Below, piece by piece: positions 29,831 through 39,183 of a DNA stretch of 64,000 bases. The notes beneath the pieces are model-generated. The model worked only from the letters and a program-made list of their open reading frames with translations. It was not told the DNA's origin and ran no database searches. Made by a program: the position numbers and the translations under genes. How positions within the stretch are numbered: position 1 is the stretch's first letter; every line of letters starts with the position of its first letter. The DNA lies in the IMG/VR virus record IMGVR_UViG_3300024350_000252, positions 174,048 to 238,047 of that record. One strand, 5' to 3'.

Positions 29831-32800
29831 ATGGCCCTTCAATCACCAGGCGTACAGGTTACGGTAGTTAACGAAAGTTACTACACAACAAACACACAGG
29901 GGACAGTACCTCTGTTTGTCGTAGCTACTGCGCAAAACAAGAACAACTCTAGCGGCACAGGTATTGCTGCTGGCACACTAAAAGCAAACGCAGAATCAGT
30001 TTATACAGTAGCTAGTCAAAGAGAGCTATCAGACTATTTTGGAACACCAAAATTCAAGACAGCCATCGACGGCAGTCCGATACACGGTGCTGAACAAAAC
30101 GAATATGGCTTACAAGCAGCATACAGCTTCTTGGGCGTTTCAAATCCTGCTTATATTGTAAGAGCGGATCTAAACCTAAATGAACTAACAGCACAAGATA
30201 AAGCTCCTGGTTCTGAACCAGCAAATGGTCAATGGTGGCTAGATACTGCTAGCACACAATGGGGTATCTTTGAATGGGATTCAACACCCGTTAGATTGAA
30301 TGGCCAAAAATTCGTACACAAAGTACCTACCGTAATCAACGATACTGACGTTGATATGCTAGACGACGTTGGCGGAGTTATGTATCCAAAAGCCAGCGTG
30401 GGCAAGTCAGGAGATTACGCTGTAGTTTCCGCTTCTGATGTGATTAGATATTTTTACAAAGGCACAGATTATACAACTTCAGGTAATCCTATTTCATGGC
30501 AGCTAATCGGTACCAAACAATGGAGAAAGTTTTGGCCAACATTTGTTTCAGCTGGATATAACCCTCCAACAAGTGGTGATATCAGCATAACAATCAATGG
30601 TAGATTAGTAACAGTACCTAACAACAGCACATTAAATGACGTAGTCACTTTGATCAATTCGTTAGTTATCACTGGAGTCAAAGCAGCCAATATTGGTGGA
30701 AATCTAAACTTGTTCGTCACTGACAAGACTGACGATGTAGGCGACTCTACAGACAGTATTTTGATCCTTATGGAGGACAGCACTGTTGGTTCAGTTGCTG
30801 CTTTGTTTGATGTACCAGCAGGCGAATACTTTGGTCCAGAATTGACCATAGCTCCACATACTTCAGTTCCACAGTGGAAGGCCGGAGACTCATATCCAAG
30901 ACCAAGCGGTTCTGTATGGGTTAAATCTACAGATCCAAATCTAGGTGCTAGATACAGGATCAAGAAATATAATTCTTCTACTAAAGCATGGGCAGAAGTG
31001 CGTACAGGCCTAAATGCCACTCCTCAAGCTGCTATCTATGCGTTAGATAGAACAGGTGGCGGAGTTAATATTCCTGTAGATCAAGTATTCGTACAATATA
31101 ACTATTCAGAAGATACTGGATATGATAATACTCCACAAACTACCAGCTTCAAGATTTTCGTAAGAAAGAATGCTGGTGTAAATGCTACAAGTATCACTTC
31201 AGATGCTGTAACTAACCAGCTATCAGCAGGTTCAAAGACTATCTTTATCCGTGAAAGTCTAAAAGGCAGTCCTACACTCGGTCCGGTAACACAGATTAAC
31301 TTTACCGCAGCTGGTAATTCAGCAGATGCTAATGCGATCGCTGTAGCTATCAACTCTTCTTCACTGACCAATATCAGAGCATCTGTTGCATCAGGTAGAT
31401 TGACTATCGTACACACATTAGGTGGCGAATTTAGAATCACTGATACTTCAGGAGCATTGGCTGCGATTGGTTTTACAACATTCAACTATGAAGATGGTTC
31501 AGGTACACCAAATCTATATGCTGTGCCAGCAGGTTCTGTAGTAGACGAAAATGATGTTGAAGTTCTCGAAACTTTCGTAGCATCTAGCTGGTTGCCACTG
31601 GCTGGATCATTGACTGGTTACATTTCTGCTAAGAATGCTCCAGAAGCCGAAGCTAGCGACGGTCAGCTTTGGTATTCGAATGTAGTTAATGAAGTGGATA
31701 TCATGATTCATAACGGAACTACTTGGGTTGGATACCTAGATAGTACTTCACCATACTACAAAGGTTCTTCAAGTCAACAAACAGACCCAAGTGGTCCTAT
31801 CGTAAGTGCTACACGCCCATTGCTACAAAGCGACGGTACAGTATTGGTTACTGGAGACATTTGGATTGATACCAGCGATTTGGAAAATTATCCAGTGATC
31901 TATAGATTTAACAATGATTTATCAGATACTCCTGTAGCAAACAGATGGGTATTGATAGACAACACAGACCATACATCAGAAAATGGTGTATTGTTTGCTG
32001 ATGCTAGAGCAGGAACTACAGGTGGTGATGCTACTACAGCACCATCCGGCACTATCAAAGAATTGTTAGTCAGCAACTTCGTAGATTTCGATGCCCCAGA
32101 TCCAGCACTATATCCACGTGGTATGATGCTATGGAATACACGTCGTAGCGGTTTCAATGTAAAAGTTTATAGACATACTTACGTAGATACCACAGCAGAC
32201 AACATAAGATTCAATGACGAATCGATGGCTCTATACCATAGATCGCGCTGGGTTACAGAATCAGCTGATAAGTTTGGTCGTCATGCTCAGCGTCATGTTG
32301 TAGTAACGGCTCTCAAGAAAGTTATAGCTACTAGCCAGCAGCTAAGGGAAACTGAAGTGAGACAGTTTAACTTGCTAGCTTGCCCAGGCTATCCAGAAGT
32401 ACTACAAAACTTGATCGATCTAAACGCAGATCGTGGCGATACAGCGTTTATCGTTGGTGATTCACCATTCAGATTGCCAGCAGATTCGACTTCATTAACC
32501 AGTTGGGGTACTAACGCAAAAGGCGCAGCAGATAACGATGAAAATTCATTAGTATCTTATGATGCTTATACGGCTGTATTTTATCCAAGCGGATTGACCA
32601 CAGATAACGTGGGCAATTCAGTAGTAGTACCTGCTAGCCACATGATGCTCAAGACTATGGCTGTCAGCGATCAAGTAAGTTACCCATGGTTTGCTCCAGC
32701 AGGTATACGTCGCGGCGCTATTACTAACGCAACATCGGTTGGTTATATCGATAAGACAACCGGATCTTTCAAGACTGTAGCTCTAACAGAAGGACAAAGA

Positions 32801-33229
32801 GATACTCTTTACAATGTTGGGGTTAACCCATTAACATACTTCAACGGTGTTGGACTAGTCAACTATGGTCAAAAGACCCGTGCTAACACAGCTTCTGCGC
32901 TAGATAGGATCAATGTAGCAAGACTTGTGATTTATCTAAGAACACAGCTAAACAAATTAGCAAAACCATATGTGTTTGAGCCAAATGACAAGATCACACG
33001 TGACGAAATCAAGCAGGCAGTTGAAAGTCTATTGTTAGAACTAGTTGGTTTAAGAGCTCTATATGACTATGCCGTTGTTTGTGACGAAACAAACAACACA
33101 CCTGATAGAATCGATCGAAACGAACTGTATGTTGATATTGCTATTGAACCAGTCAAAGCAATTGAGTTCATCTACATTCCATTGAGATTGAAGAACACAG
33201 GAGAAATTCAACAATCCTCGACTAGATAA
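29831..33229 (+). CDS. gp18: Tail sheath protein (1132 aa, with large insertion)
   Basis: MALQSPGVQVTVVNES; C-terminal YPWFAPAG.RRG, NPL..G..NYGQKT..RINVARL..FEPND..TR..NELYVDIAIEP.KAIEFIYI. Confidence 0.95.
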   Translation: MALQSPGVQVTVVNESYYTTNTQGTVPLFVVATAQNKNNSSGTGIAAGTLKANAESVYTVASQRELSDYFGTPKFKTAIDGSPIHGAEQNEYGLQAAYSFLGVSNPAYIVRADLNLNELTAQDKAPGSEPANGQWWLDTASTQWGIFEWDSTPVRLNGQKFVHKVPTVINDTDVDMLDDVGGVMYPKASVGKSGDYAVVSASDVIRYFYKGTDYTTSGNPISWQLIGTKQWRKFWPTFVSAGYNPPTSGDISITINGRLVTVPNNSTLNDVVTLINSLVITGVKAANIGGNLNLFVTDKTDDVGDSTDSILILMEDSTVGSVAALFDVPAGEYFGPELTIAPHTSVPQWKAGDSYPRPSGSVWVKSTDPNLGARYRIKKYNSSTKAWAEVRTGLNATPQAAIYALDRTGGGVNIPVDQVFVQYNYSEDTGYDNTPQTTSFKIFVRKNAGVNATSITSDAVTNQLSAGSKTIFIRESLKGSPTLGPVTQINFTAAGNSADANAIAVAINSSSLTNIRASVASGRLTIVHTLGGEFRITDTSGALAAIGFTTFNYEDGSGTPNLYAVPAGSVVDENDVEVLETFVASSWLPLAGSLTGYISAKNAPEAEASDGQLWYSNVVNEVDIMIHNGTTWVGYLDSTSPYYKGSSSQQTDPSGPIVSATRPLLQSDGTVLVTGDIWIDTSDLENYPVIYRFNNDLSDTPVANRWVLIDNTDHTSENGVLFADARAGTTGGDATTAPSGTIKELLVSNFVDFDAPDPALYPRGMMLWNTRRSGFNVKVYRHTYVDTTADNIRFNDESMALYHRSRWVTESADKFGRHAQRHVVVTALKKVIATSQQLRETEVRQFNLLACPGYPEVLQNLIDLNADRGDTAFIVGDSPFRLPADSTSLTSWGTNAKGAADNDENSLVSYDAYTAVFYPSGLTTDNVGNSVVVPASHMMLKTMAVSDQVSYPWFAPAGIRRGAITNATSVGYIDKTTGSFKTVALTEGQRDTLYNVGVNPLTYFNGVGLVNYGQKTRANTASALDRINVARLVIYLRTQLNKLAKPYVFEPNDKITRDEIKQAVESLLLELVGLRALYDYAVVCDETNNTPDRIDRNELYVDIAIEPVKAIEFIYIPLRLKNTGEIQQSSTR

Positions 33230-33230
33230 G

Positions 33231-33254
33231 ATTTAGGGGATTTATCCCCTAAAT
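33231..33254. other. Perfect hairpin between the sheath and tube genes (pause or processing/stability element)
   Basis: ATTTAGGGGAT-TT-ATCCCCTAAAT with no U-tract; followed by GATAAATA at 33261-33268. Confidence 0.7.
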
Positions 33255-33290
33255 TGGATTGATAAATAATTATAACGGAGCAAAAATAAT

Positions 33291-33932
33291 ATGGCGATTT
33301 CAACACTATCAAAACTAACAGTGCCGTTAGCTTCAGACCAAAGTTCAGCAACTCAAGGTCTGTTGATGCCAAAGCTCAAGTATCGCTTTAGAGTGGTACT
33401 AAGTGGATTTGGTGCTAATGGTTCTGTAGCTACAGAATTAACTAAGCAGGTCGTAGACGTAACTCGTCCTAAGGTCAGCTTTGAAGAAATGGAAATTCCT
33501 ATCTACAACAGCAGAATTTATCTGGCTGGTAGACATCAATGGGAAGCGATCACTTTAAATATCAGAGATGATGCTAGTGGTGCTGTACAGAGACTGTGCG
33601 GTGAGCAGGTACAGAAGCAGTTTGACTTCTTTGAACAGGCATCTGCTGCTTCAGGTCAGGACTATAAATTTACTACCAGAATCGAAATCTTAGATGGTGG
33701 TAACGGCGCACAAACACCAAATGTTCTTGAAACATTTGAAGTATATGGCTGTTTTGTACAAAATATCGATTACGGTGAACTTGCGTATGGTACAAACGAA
33801 GCAGCTCAGATACAGTTGAGCATCAGATATGATAACGCTATCCAGTACAGAGGCGGATCAGTAGATGGCATCGGACGTAACATCGGTGCTAGAACTATCG
33901 GTTCACTAACTACAGGCGGCGGTAATATCTAA
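33291..33932 (+). CDS. gp19: Tail tube protein
   Basis: KYRFRV..VTRPKVSFEE..YLAGRHQWEAITLNIRDD..DY...LSIRYDNA; follows the sheath gene. Confidence 0.9.
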   Translation: MAISTLSKLTVPLASDQSSATQGLLMPKLKYRFRVVLSGFGANGSVATELTKQVVDVTRPKVSFEEMEIPIYNSRIYLAGRHQWEAITLNIRDDASGAVQRLCGEQVQKQFDFFEQASAASGQDYKFTTRIEILDGGNGAQTPNVLETFEVYGCFVQNIDYGELAYGTNEAAQIQLSIRYDNAIQYRGGSVDGIGRNIGARTIGSLTTGGGNI

Positions 33933-33954
33933 AATAATCCGTTGAATTCGCCTT

Positions 33955-33986
33955 AAAAAGCCCAGCTTAAAACCTGGGCTTTTTTT
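33955..33986. terminator. Rho-independent terminator
   Basis: AAAAAGCCCAG-cttaaaac-CTGGGCTTTTTTT. Confidence 0.85.
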
Positions 33987-34002
33987 ATTAATAAATAATG
34001 TT

Positions 34003-35121
34003 ATGGCAAACTATTTCACACGATTCTTAGTCGGTCTAGGACAAGGACTAACAAACCCCAAAGGCAACATGGGGGACTTCCAACATGCATCTAGAGTATT
34101 TGTAGATAATACGTTCCGTCTAGCACCAAGGACTAAATTTACATTTCATGTATACCTTGATATAAATCCTCTAGCTCTACAAGCTTCTAATTGGAAAGCA
34201 CAGCATCATAAAGAAGCAGGAATGTTAGTAAAAACAGCCGACCTTCCTAAATTTACATTACAAACAGAAGTCAAAAATCAGTATAATAAAAAGAAAATAG
34301 TTTACAAAGACATCACATACGATCCAGTTAATATCACGTTCCATGACGATAATCTAGGTCTTATAAATTCTTTATGGGCACAGTATATGGCCTATATCAG
34401 TCCCGATCGACTAAATCCTAGAGCAGCGTATAACGCAAAATCTATTAATGTATATAGATCTACAGGACAAGGATCAGTAACAGCCGACGAAGCCAGGGAT
34501 GGCGCAACTACGACAGGCAGTACTGGGGGCGGATTTGATTTTTATAGATACGGTCTAGACAAGGACGGATACACAGAACCGTTCTTTAGATCGATTACCA
34601 TTTATACATTAGCAAGAAAACGATTCAACAGTTATACGTTGGTTAATCCTATGATAACCTCGTGGACTACTGGTCAGATGGATTATAACCAAAGCAATGG
34701 TATGAACGAAATGACCATGAGCTTACAGTATGAAACTGTTTTTTATGGTTATGGAACTGTCACCAGGGGAGTAGAACCAAATGGCTTTGCTGACCTACAT
34801 TATGACACCGCACCTAGCCCGTTGACTATAGGTGGTGGTGGCACCAGCACTGTTTTTGGACCAAATGGTGTCCTTGGAGGATTATATGGTTCAGGACTCG
34901 CCGGAGCGCAACTGATATTCAGGAATGATTTTGGAAATATCAACGGAACACCAAACTTCTTCGGTGCAGCCATTAATGCTATTAATACCTATAGAAGTCT
35001 TTCTAATATTAACCTCAATACTATCAAGCAAGAAGCTGTAAACATACTAACAGTGCCTAACAATTATGTCAATAATTTAGGACCATTGCCTGGGGTAGTT
35101 ATTAATTCAGGACCAAGATAA
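34003..35121 (+). CDS. Tube-fold baseplate/tail-tube junction protein (gp54/gp48-like)
   Basis: VKTADLPKFTLQTEVKNQYNKK....YDPVNITFHDDN..MTMSLQYE, a gp19-type fold. Confidence 0.65.
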   Translation: MANYFTRFLVGLGQGLTNPKGNMGDFQHASRVFVDNTFRLAPRTKFTFHVYLDINPLALQASNWKAQHHKEAGMLVKTADLPKFTLQTEVKNQYNKKKIVYKDITYDPVNITFHDDNLGLINSLWAQYMAYISPDRLNPRAAYNAKSINVYRSTGQGSVTADEARDGATTTGSTGGGFDFYRYGLDKDGYTEPFFRSITIYTLARKRFNSYTLVNPMITSWTTGQMDYNQSNGMNEMTMSLQYETVFYGYGTVTRGVEPNGFADLHYDTAPSPLTIGGGGTSTVFGPNGVLGGLYGSGLAGAQLIFRNDFGNINGTPNFFGAAINAINTYRSLSNINLNTIKQEAVNILTVPNNYVNNLGPLPGVVINSGPR

Positions 35122-35123
35122 TT

Positions 35124-35504
35124 ATGGCTGAGACTACTTTTAGTAATTTACCACCTGTACCTAAAACAGACAGCACCGCAAGAACTCTCTTGTATTATAA
35201 TAACTATGCGGATAAAGGTCAGGAATATAAAGCCGAAGATGTAGATTCAACTGTAGGTTTTCTAACGTCTAAAGGATTTAGCAATACTGCTGCTACTACT
35301 ACTGCTATGGTTTTGTTGCGTCAAGCCAAAGTAGATCAACTGTCTACATATTCTTTGTTAGAAACACTAAAAGGATTAGACAGTCTTCAATTAAGTTTTC
35401 TAGTTGGTCAGATCCTGAATCAAAATCGTTCACCGACTTCGGCATTGGGATACCGAGCTACTGCTGCTGTACAAACTTATCAGAATAGAAATATATTACC
35501 CTGA
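35124..35504 (+). CDS. Hypothetical protein (126 aa), structural operon
   Basis: Tightly packed between neighbours; coding-like composition. Confidence 0.6.
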   Translation: MAETTFSNLPPVPKTDSTARTLLYYNNYADKGQEYKAEDVDSTVGFLTSKGFSNTAATTTAMVLLRQAKVDQLSTYSLLETLKGLDSLQLSFLVGQILNQNRSPTSALGYRATAAVQTYQNRNILP

Positions 35505-35944
35505 TGCCTAGATTTGCCCAAGGTCACTTTACTATGAAAAACCCCGATAAGTATATCGGGAAAAAAACTCCACTAGCACGTAGCAGTTGGGAGTTTGTTT
35601 TTATGAAAATGCTAGATGAGCATCCAGGTGTACAAAATTGGGCTAGCGAAAGTATACAGATACCCTATAGGGATCCATTAACTGGTAGATATACGATTTA
35701 TGTTCCTGATTTTTTTATAGTTTATGTAGATAAAGATAAAAAGAAACATGCTGAGCTTGTAGAAATAAAACCAGCCAGCCAAACACTAAGAGAAAAAGTG
35801 GGCAAGAGTGTGTTTAATCAAGCACAGTTTATCAAAAATCAAGCCAAATGGGAAGCAGCTAATGCTTGGTGTAGACAGCAAGGGATACGTTTCCGTGTAG
35901 TTAATGAGGGCGATATTTTCCATCAGGGCTCCAAAAAACGATAA
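35504..35944 (+). CDS. gp4: Head completion protein, T4 gp4-like (TnsA-type nuclease fold)
   Basis: KNPDKYIG..RSSWE..WASESIQIPY..YVPDFF..VEIKP..NQAKWEAA..FRVVNE. Confidence 0.85.
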   Translation: MPRFAQGHFTMKNPDKYIGKKTPLARSSWEFVFMKMLDEHPGVQNWASESIQIPYRDPLTGRYTIYVPDFFIVYVDKDKKKHAELVEIKPASQTLREKVGKSVFNQAQFIKNQAKWEAANAWCRQQGIRFRVVNEGDIFHQGSKKR

Positions 35945-35952
35945 GTAATTGT

Positions 35953-36426
35953 ATGACTAAGAAATTAGAAGAATTGTTCAATTTAGAAGAGTCTTTGCCA
36001 GCAAACGTAGAAACACCAGAAGCTAGCAAGGATAATATCACTTCGTTAGAACGCAGCTATAAAGAAGTAGAGCAGATAGCATCTACACTGCCTGCTATTG
36101 ATGATTTAGAAAGCCTAGACGAAAGCGAATTAGATTCGTTAGCTAAAAAAGCAGAAACTGCCTATGACGATCTAATGGATTTGGGCATGAACGTAGAAGT
36201 ACGCTACAGCGGACGTATATTTGAAGTAGCAGGTACTATGCTTAAGAATGCTATAGATGCCAAGGCTGTTAAGATCAATAACAAACTAAAAGCTGTAGAT
36301 CTCAAGCTGAAAAAGCTGAAAATTGACAGAGATTCCGGTGATGAAGAACCGGGCATGATGAATGGGCAAGGATTTGTTATCACTGATCGTAATGCCTTGC
36401 TCAAAAAACTAAGCGGAAAAGAATAA
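35953..36426 (+). CDS. Terminase small subunit-like protein
   Basis: YDDLMDLG..GRIFEVAGTMLKNAIDA helix pair resembles the T4 gp16 core; lies upstream of the large subunit. Confidence 0.55.
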   Translation: MTKKLEELFNLEESLPANVETPEASKDNITSLERSYKEVEQIASTLPAIDDLESLDESELDSLAKKAETAYDDLMDLGMNVEVRYSGRIFEVAGTMLKNAIDAKAVKINNKLKAVDLKLKKLKIDRDSGDEEPGMMNGQGFVITDRNALLKKLSGKE

Positions 36427-36434
36427 ATATGAGT

Positions 36435-37010
36435 ATGAAATCACTAAAAGACTATCTTACAGAAAGCCAAAAAACTTACAGTTTCCGTATCAAAGTAGCT
36501 GGTAAGTATAATGAAGGTTTCGTTGAAGCTGCTAAACAGGCTATGAGCAAGTATGGTTGCGCAAAGTTTGAAAAAGTCAGCGATATTCCTATTGCTAACA
36601 AGCATTTGGATTTTCCACAGCTAGAAAATATAGATGTGTCTGTATACGAAACTGATTGTACATATCCTGTAACACCTATCGAAATTTCTGCGTTACTACA
36701 CGAAGTAACTAAAATCCCAGAAGTGTATTTCAAAGTTAGAAACCTAGGTGATACTACAGACATCTATATTCCTGTAGATGCGCAAAAGAGTGGTAAAGCT
36801 CTATTAGATGATCCAGAATACAAAGAACATCCCAAGTTTGCTTCAAAAGATTACTTCGGTGATGATTTCAACAGATCGTTCTTGAAAGACCTAGCCAAGC
36901 AAAGCAAGGCACAGAAAAAAGAAATAGGCCAGAACGAAGAATACAAATTACCAAAAACTAAAGCAGATAAGGCAGGTGTATCTAGTCCTATCTCAAGGAG
37001 TCCTAGATGA
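36435..37010 (+). CDS. Hypothetical protein, probable head-internal protein
   Basis: Start moved to ATG at 36435 (5 nt after ATAAATA), giving MKSLKDYLTE, similar to the T4 capsid-targeting leader. Confidence 0.6.
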   Translation: MKSLKDYLTESQKTYSFRIKVAGKYNEGFVEAAKQAMSKYGCAKFEKVSDIPIANKHLDFPQLENIDVSVYETDCTYPVTPIEISALLHEVTKIPEVYFKVRNLGDTTDIYIPVDAQKSGKALLDDPEYKEHPKFASKDYFGDDFNRSFLKDLAKQSKAQKKEIGQNEEYKLPKTKADKAGVSSPISRSPR

Positions 37011-37525
37011 ATTTCAACGAATTATACAAGAAGATAGCAGACTTAGATCAGCCAGTCTCTGAACAGAAAGTAGACGAGTGCGGTGAAATGCCCTCGATGC
37101 AATCTTCGATGGATCAGCCATCAGTTAGCGTCAATCTTAATGCTAGAGGTTTAGACAATATCGAGCATTTGATGGCATTGTTTACTAAAGTCAATCCTGA
37201 CATGATGCCAAAAGGTGATGCTCCGATGCCAAAGATGGTCGATCCGGCAGCTCACATGTCCAGTCTAAAGCAAAAGCTATTCGGTGACGGTGAAGAAATG
37301 GATGCTGAAGAAGATGCCGCCGGTGGATTTGATTCTGCTTCAACCGCTCCTGATGAGAAAGTAGCAGATTTTACAGCCGCTATACCAGCAGGCGATGATT
37401 TCCATAAAGAAAAGAAAATGTATCCTAGAGCACAACCAGGAGATAATCCACGTGCTATGGAAAGCCTAGTAGACAAGATCAAAGAACAACTATTAGCTGA
37501 TCTACAAAGTCATAAAAATCAATAA
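37007..37525 (+). CDS. Hypothetical acidic low-complexity protein (172 aa)
   Basis: ATGA overlap with the upstream gene; helical N- and C-termini around a disordered middle. Confidence 0.65.
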   Translation: MNFNELYKKIADLDQPVSEQKVDECGEMPSMQSSMDQPSVSVNLNARGLDNIEHLMALFTKVNPDMMPKGDAPMPKMVDPAAHMSSLKQKLFGDGEEMDAEEDAAGGFDSASTAPDEKVADFTAAIPAGDDFHKEKKMYPRAQPGDNPRAMESLVDKIKEQLLADLQSHKNQ

Positions 37526-37540
37526 AGATTTAAAAATACC

Positions 37541-37568
37541 AAATAGGCCCATTAGGGCCTATTTTTTT
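37541..37568. terminator. Rho-independent terminator
   Basis: AAATAGGCCC-atta-GGGCCTATTT-TTTT. Confidence 0.85.
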
Positions 37569-37582
37569 CATTAAATATAGTC

Positions 37583-39172
37583 ATGAGTAAAAGTTTAGAT
37601 GGCGTATTAATCAAGAAGGCGCATAAGCCGGAAAGATATACTCTCGAAGAAGTCAAACACCTAGAAGCATGTTTAGATCCGATAGACGGACCATTATACT
37701 TCTGTAAGAACTTCTTAAAGATTCAACATCCGACTAAAGGTTCTATTCCTTTCGAACCTTACGAGTATCAAGAAGAATTAATACGTGCTTATCATAATCA
37801 TACCTACACGATAGCGATGTTGCCGCGTCAGATGGGTAAAACTACCTGTGCTAGCGGTTATCTACTTTGGTATACAATGTTTGTACCTGAAGCACAGGTA
37901 CTAATTGCTGCCCACAAATACACAGGTGCGCAAGATATCATGAATCGTTATCGCTATGGTTACGAAAATCTTCCTGATTTTATACGTGCTGGTGTATATT
38001 CATATAACAGAAATACTATCGAATTCGACAATGGCGCACGTATACAAGCAACTACAACGACAGAAAACACAGGTCGTGGTAAATCTCTTTCGCTAATATA
38101 CTGCGACGAGTTTGCGTTCGTACAACCTCCAGAAAAAGCCAAAGAGTTCTGGACTGCTTTATCACCAACATTGTCAACGGGTGGTAAGTGTATTATCACA
38201 TCAACACCAAATTCAGACGAAGATCAGTTTGCTATGATCTGGACTGAAGCTAACAAAAAATTCGACGAGTATGGTAACGAAAGAGAAGTAGGCACTAACG
38301 GATTCTACCCATACTTTGCTCCATGGAGCGAACATCCGGATCGTGATGAAGAATGGGCTAAGGTAGAACGTGCCAAGATTGGTGAAGAGCGTTTCCGTCG
38401 TGAATTTGACTGCGAGTTCTTGATCTTTGATGAAACACTGATCAACGCAGTAAAATTAACTGAGCTTAAAGGTGTAGACCCTATAATGACTATGGGTCAA
38501 ACACGTTGGTACAAAGATATCGATCCTCGTTGTACCTATCTCGTAGCACTAGACCCTAGTTTGGGTACAGGCGGCGACTATGGTGCTATCCAAGTATTTG
38601 AAATGCCTACTATGGAGCAGGTCGCAGAATGGCGTCATAATTTAACTCCGATACAGGCACAAGTTAAGCATATGCGAGAAATCATAAAATATATCGCAGA
38701 ACGCGGTGAAGAAAAAGGTGGAGCATCTCCACAGATCTATTACAGTGTTGAAAACAATACACTAGGTGAAGCAGCTCTAGTAGTGATCAATGATTTAGGT
38801 GAAGAAAATTTCCGAGGATTATTTTTAAGTGAACCCATCCGTAAAGGTCATGTGCGTAAGTTCCGTAAAGGGTTTAACACTACGCATCGCACTAAAATCT
38901 CTGCTTGTGCTATATTCAAAAATCTGATAGAAACACACAGGATGAAAATATTCTCTAAACCGTTAATATCTGAGCTAAAAACGTTCGTAGCACACGGTGT
39001 AGGGTTTGGAGCTAAAACGGGTGAGCACGACGACTTAGTTTCAGCTATGCTATTAATCATACGCATGGCGGGCATACTCAGTGATTGGGATCCGCAGATC
39101 TATGAAAAAATGACGGAACAGCTCACTGAAGATCAATTGCCTATGCCTATCTTTGTAAGTACAGGATTCTGA
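37583..39172 (+). CDS. gp17: Terminase large subunit
   Basis: Walker A LPRQMGKTT, Walker B IYCDEFAF, ITSTPN, RFRREFDCEF, RNase-H-like ALDPSLGTGGDY and HDDLV. Confidence 0.97.
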   Translation: MSKSLDGVLIKKAHKPERYTLEEVKHLEACLDPIDGPLYFCKNFLKIQHPTKGSIPFEPYEYQEELIRAYHNHTYTIAMLPRQMGKTTCASGYLLWYTMFVPEAQVLIAAHKYTGAQDIMNRYRYGYENLPDFIRAGVYSYNRNTIEFDNGARIQATTTTENTGRGKSLSLIYCDEFAFVQPPEKAKEFWTALSPTLSTGGKCIITSTPNSDEDQFAMIWTEANKKFDEYGNEREVGTNGFYPYFAPWSEHPDRDEEWAKVERAKIGEERFRREFDCEFLIFDETLINAVKLTELKGVDPIMTMGQTRWYKDIDPRCTYLVALDPSLGTGGDYGAIQVFEMPTMEQVAEWRHNLTPIQAQVKHMREIIKYIAERGEEKGGASPQIYYSVENNTLGEAALVVINDLGEENFRGLFLSEPIRKGHVRKFRKGFNTTHRTKISACAIFKNLIETHRMKIFSKPLISELKTFVAHGVGFGAKTGEHDDLVSAMLLIIRMAGILSDWDPQIYEKMTEQLTEDQLPMPIFVSTGF

Positions 39173-39183
39173 TAAATATTAAC

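Noticed and set aside
35504-35944. TnsA-like nuclease as evidence of a Tn7-type transposon
   Set aside because: The motifs and context match T4 gp4 head completion protein; no tnsB/C genes or transposon ends.
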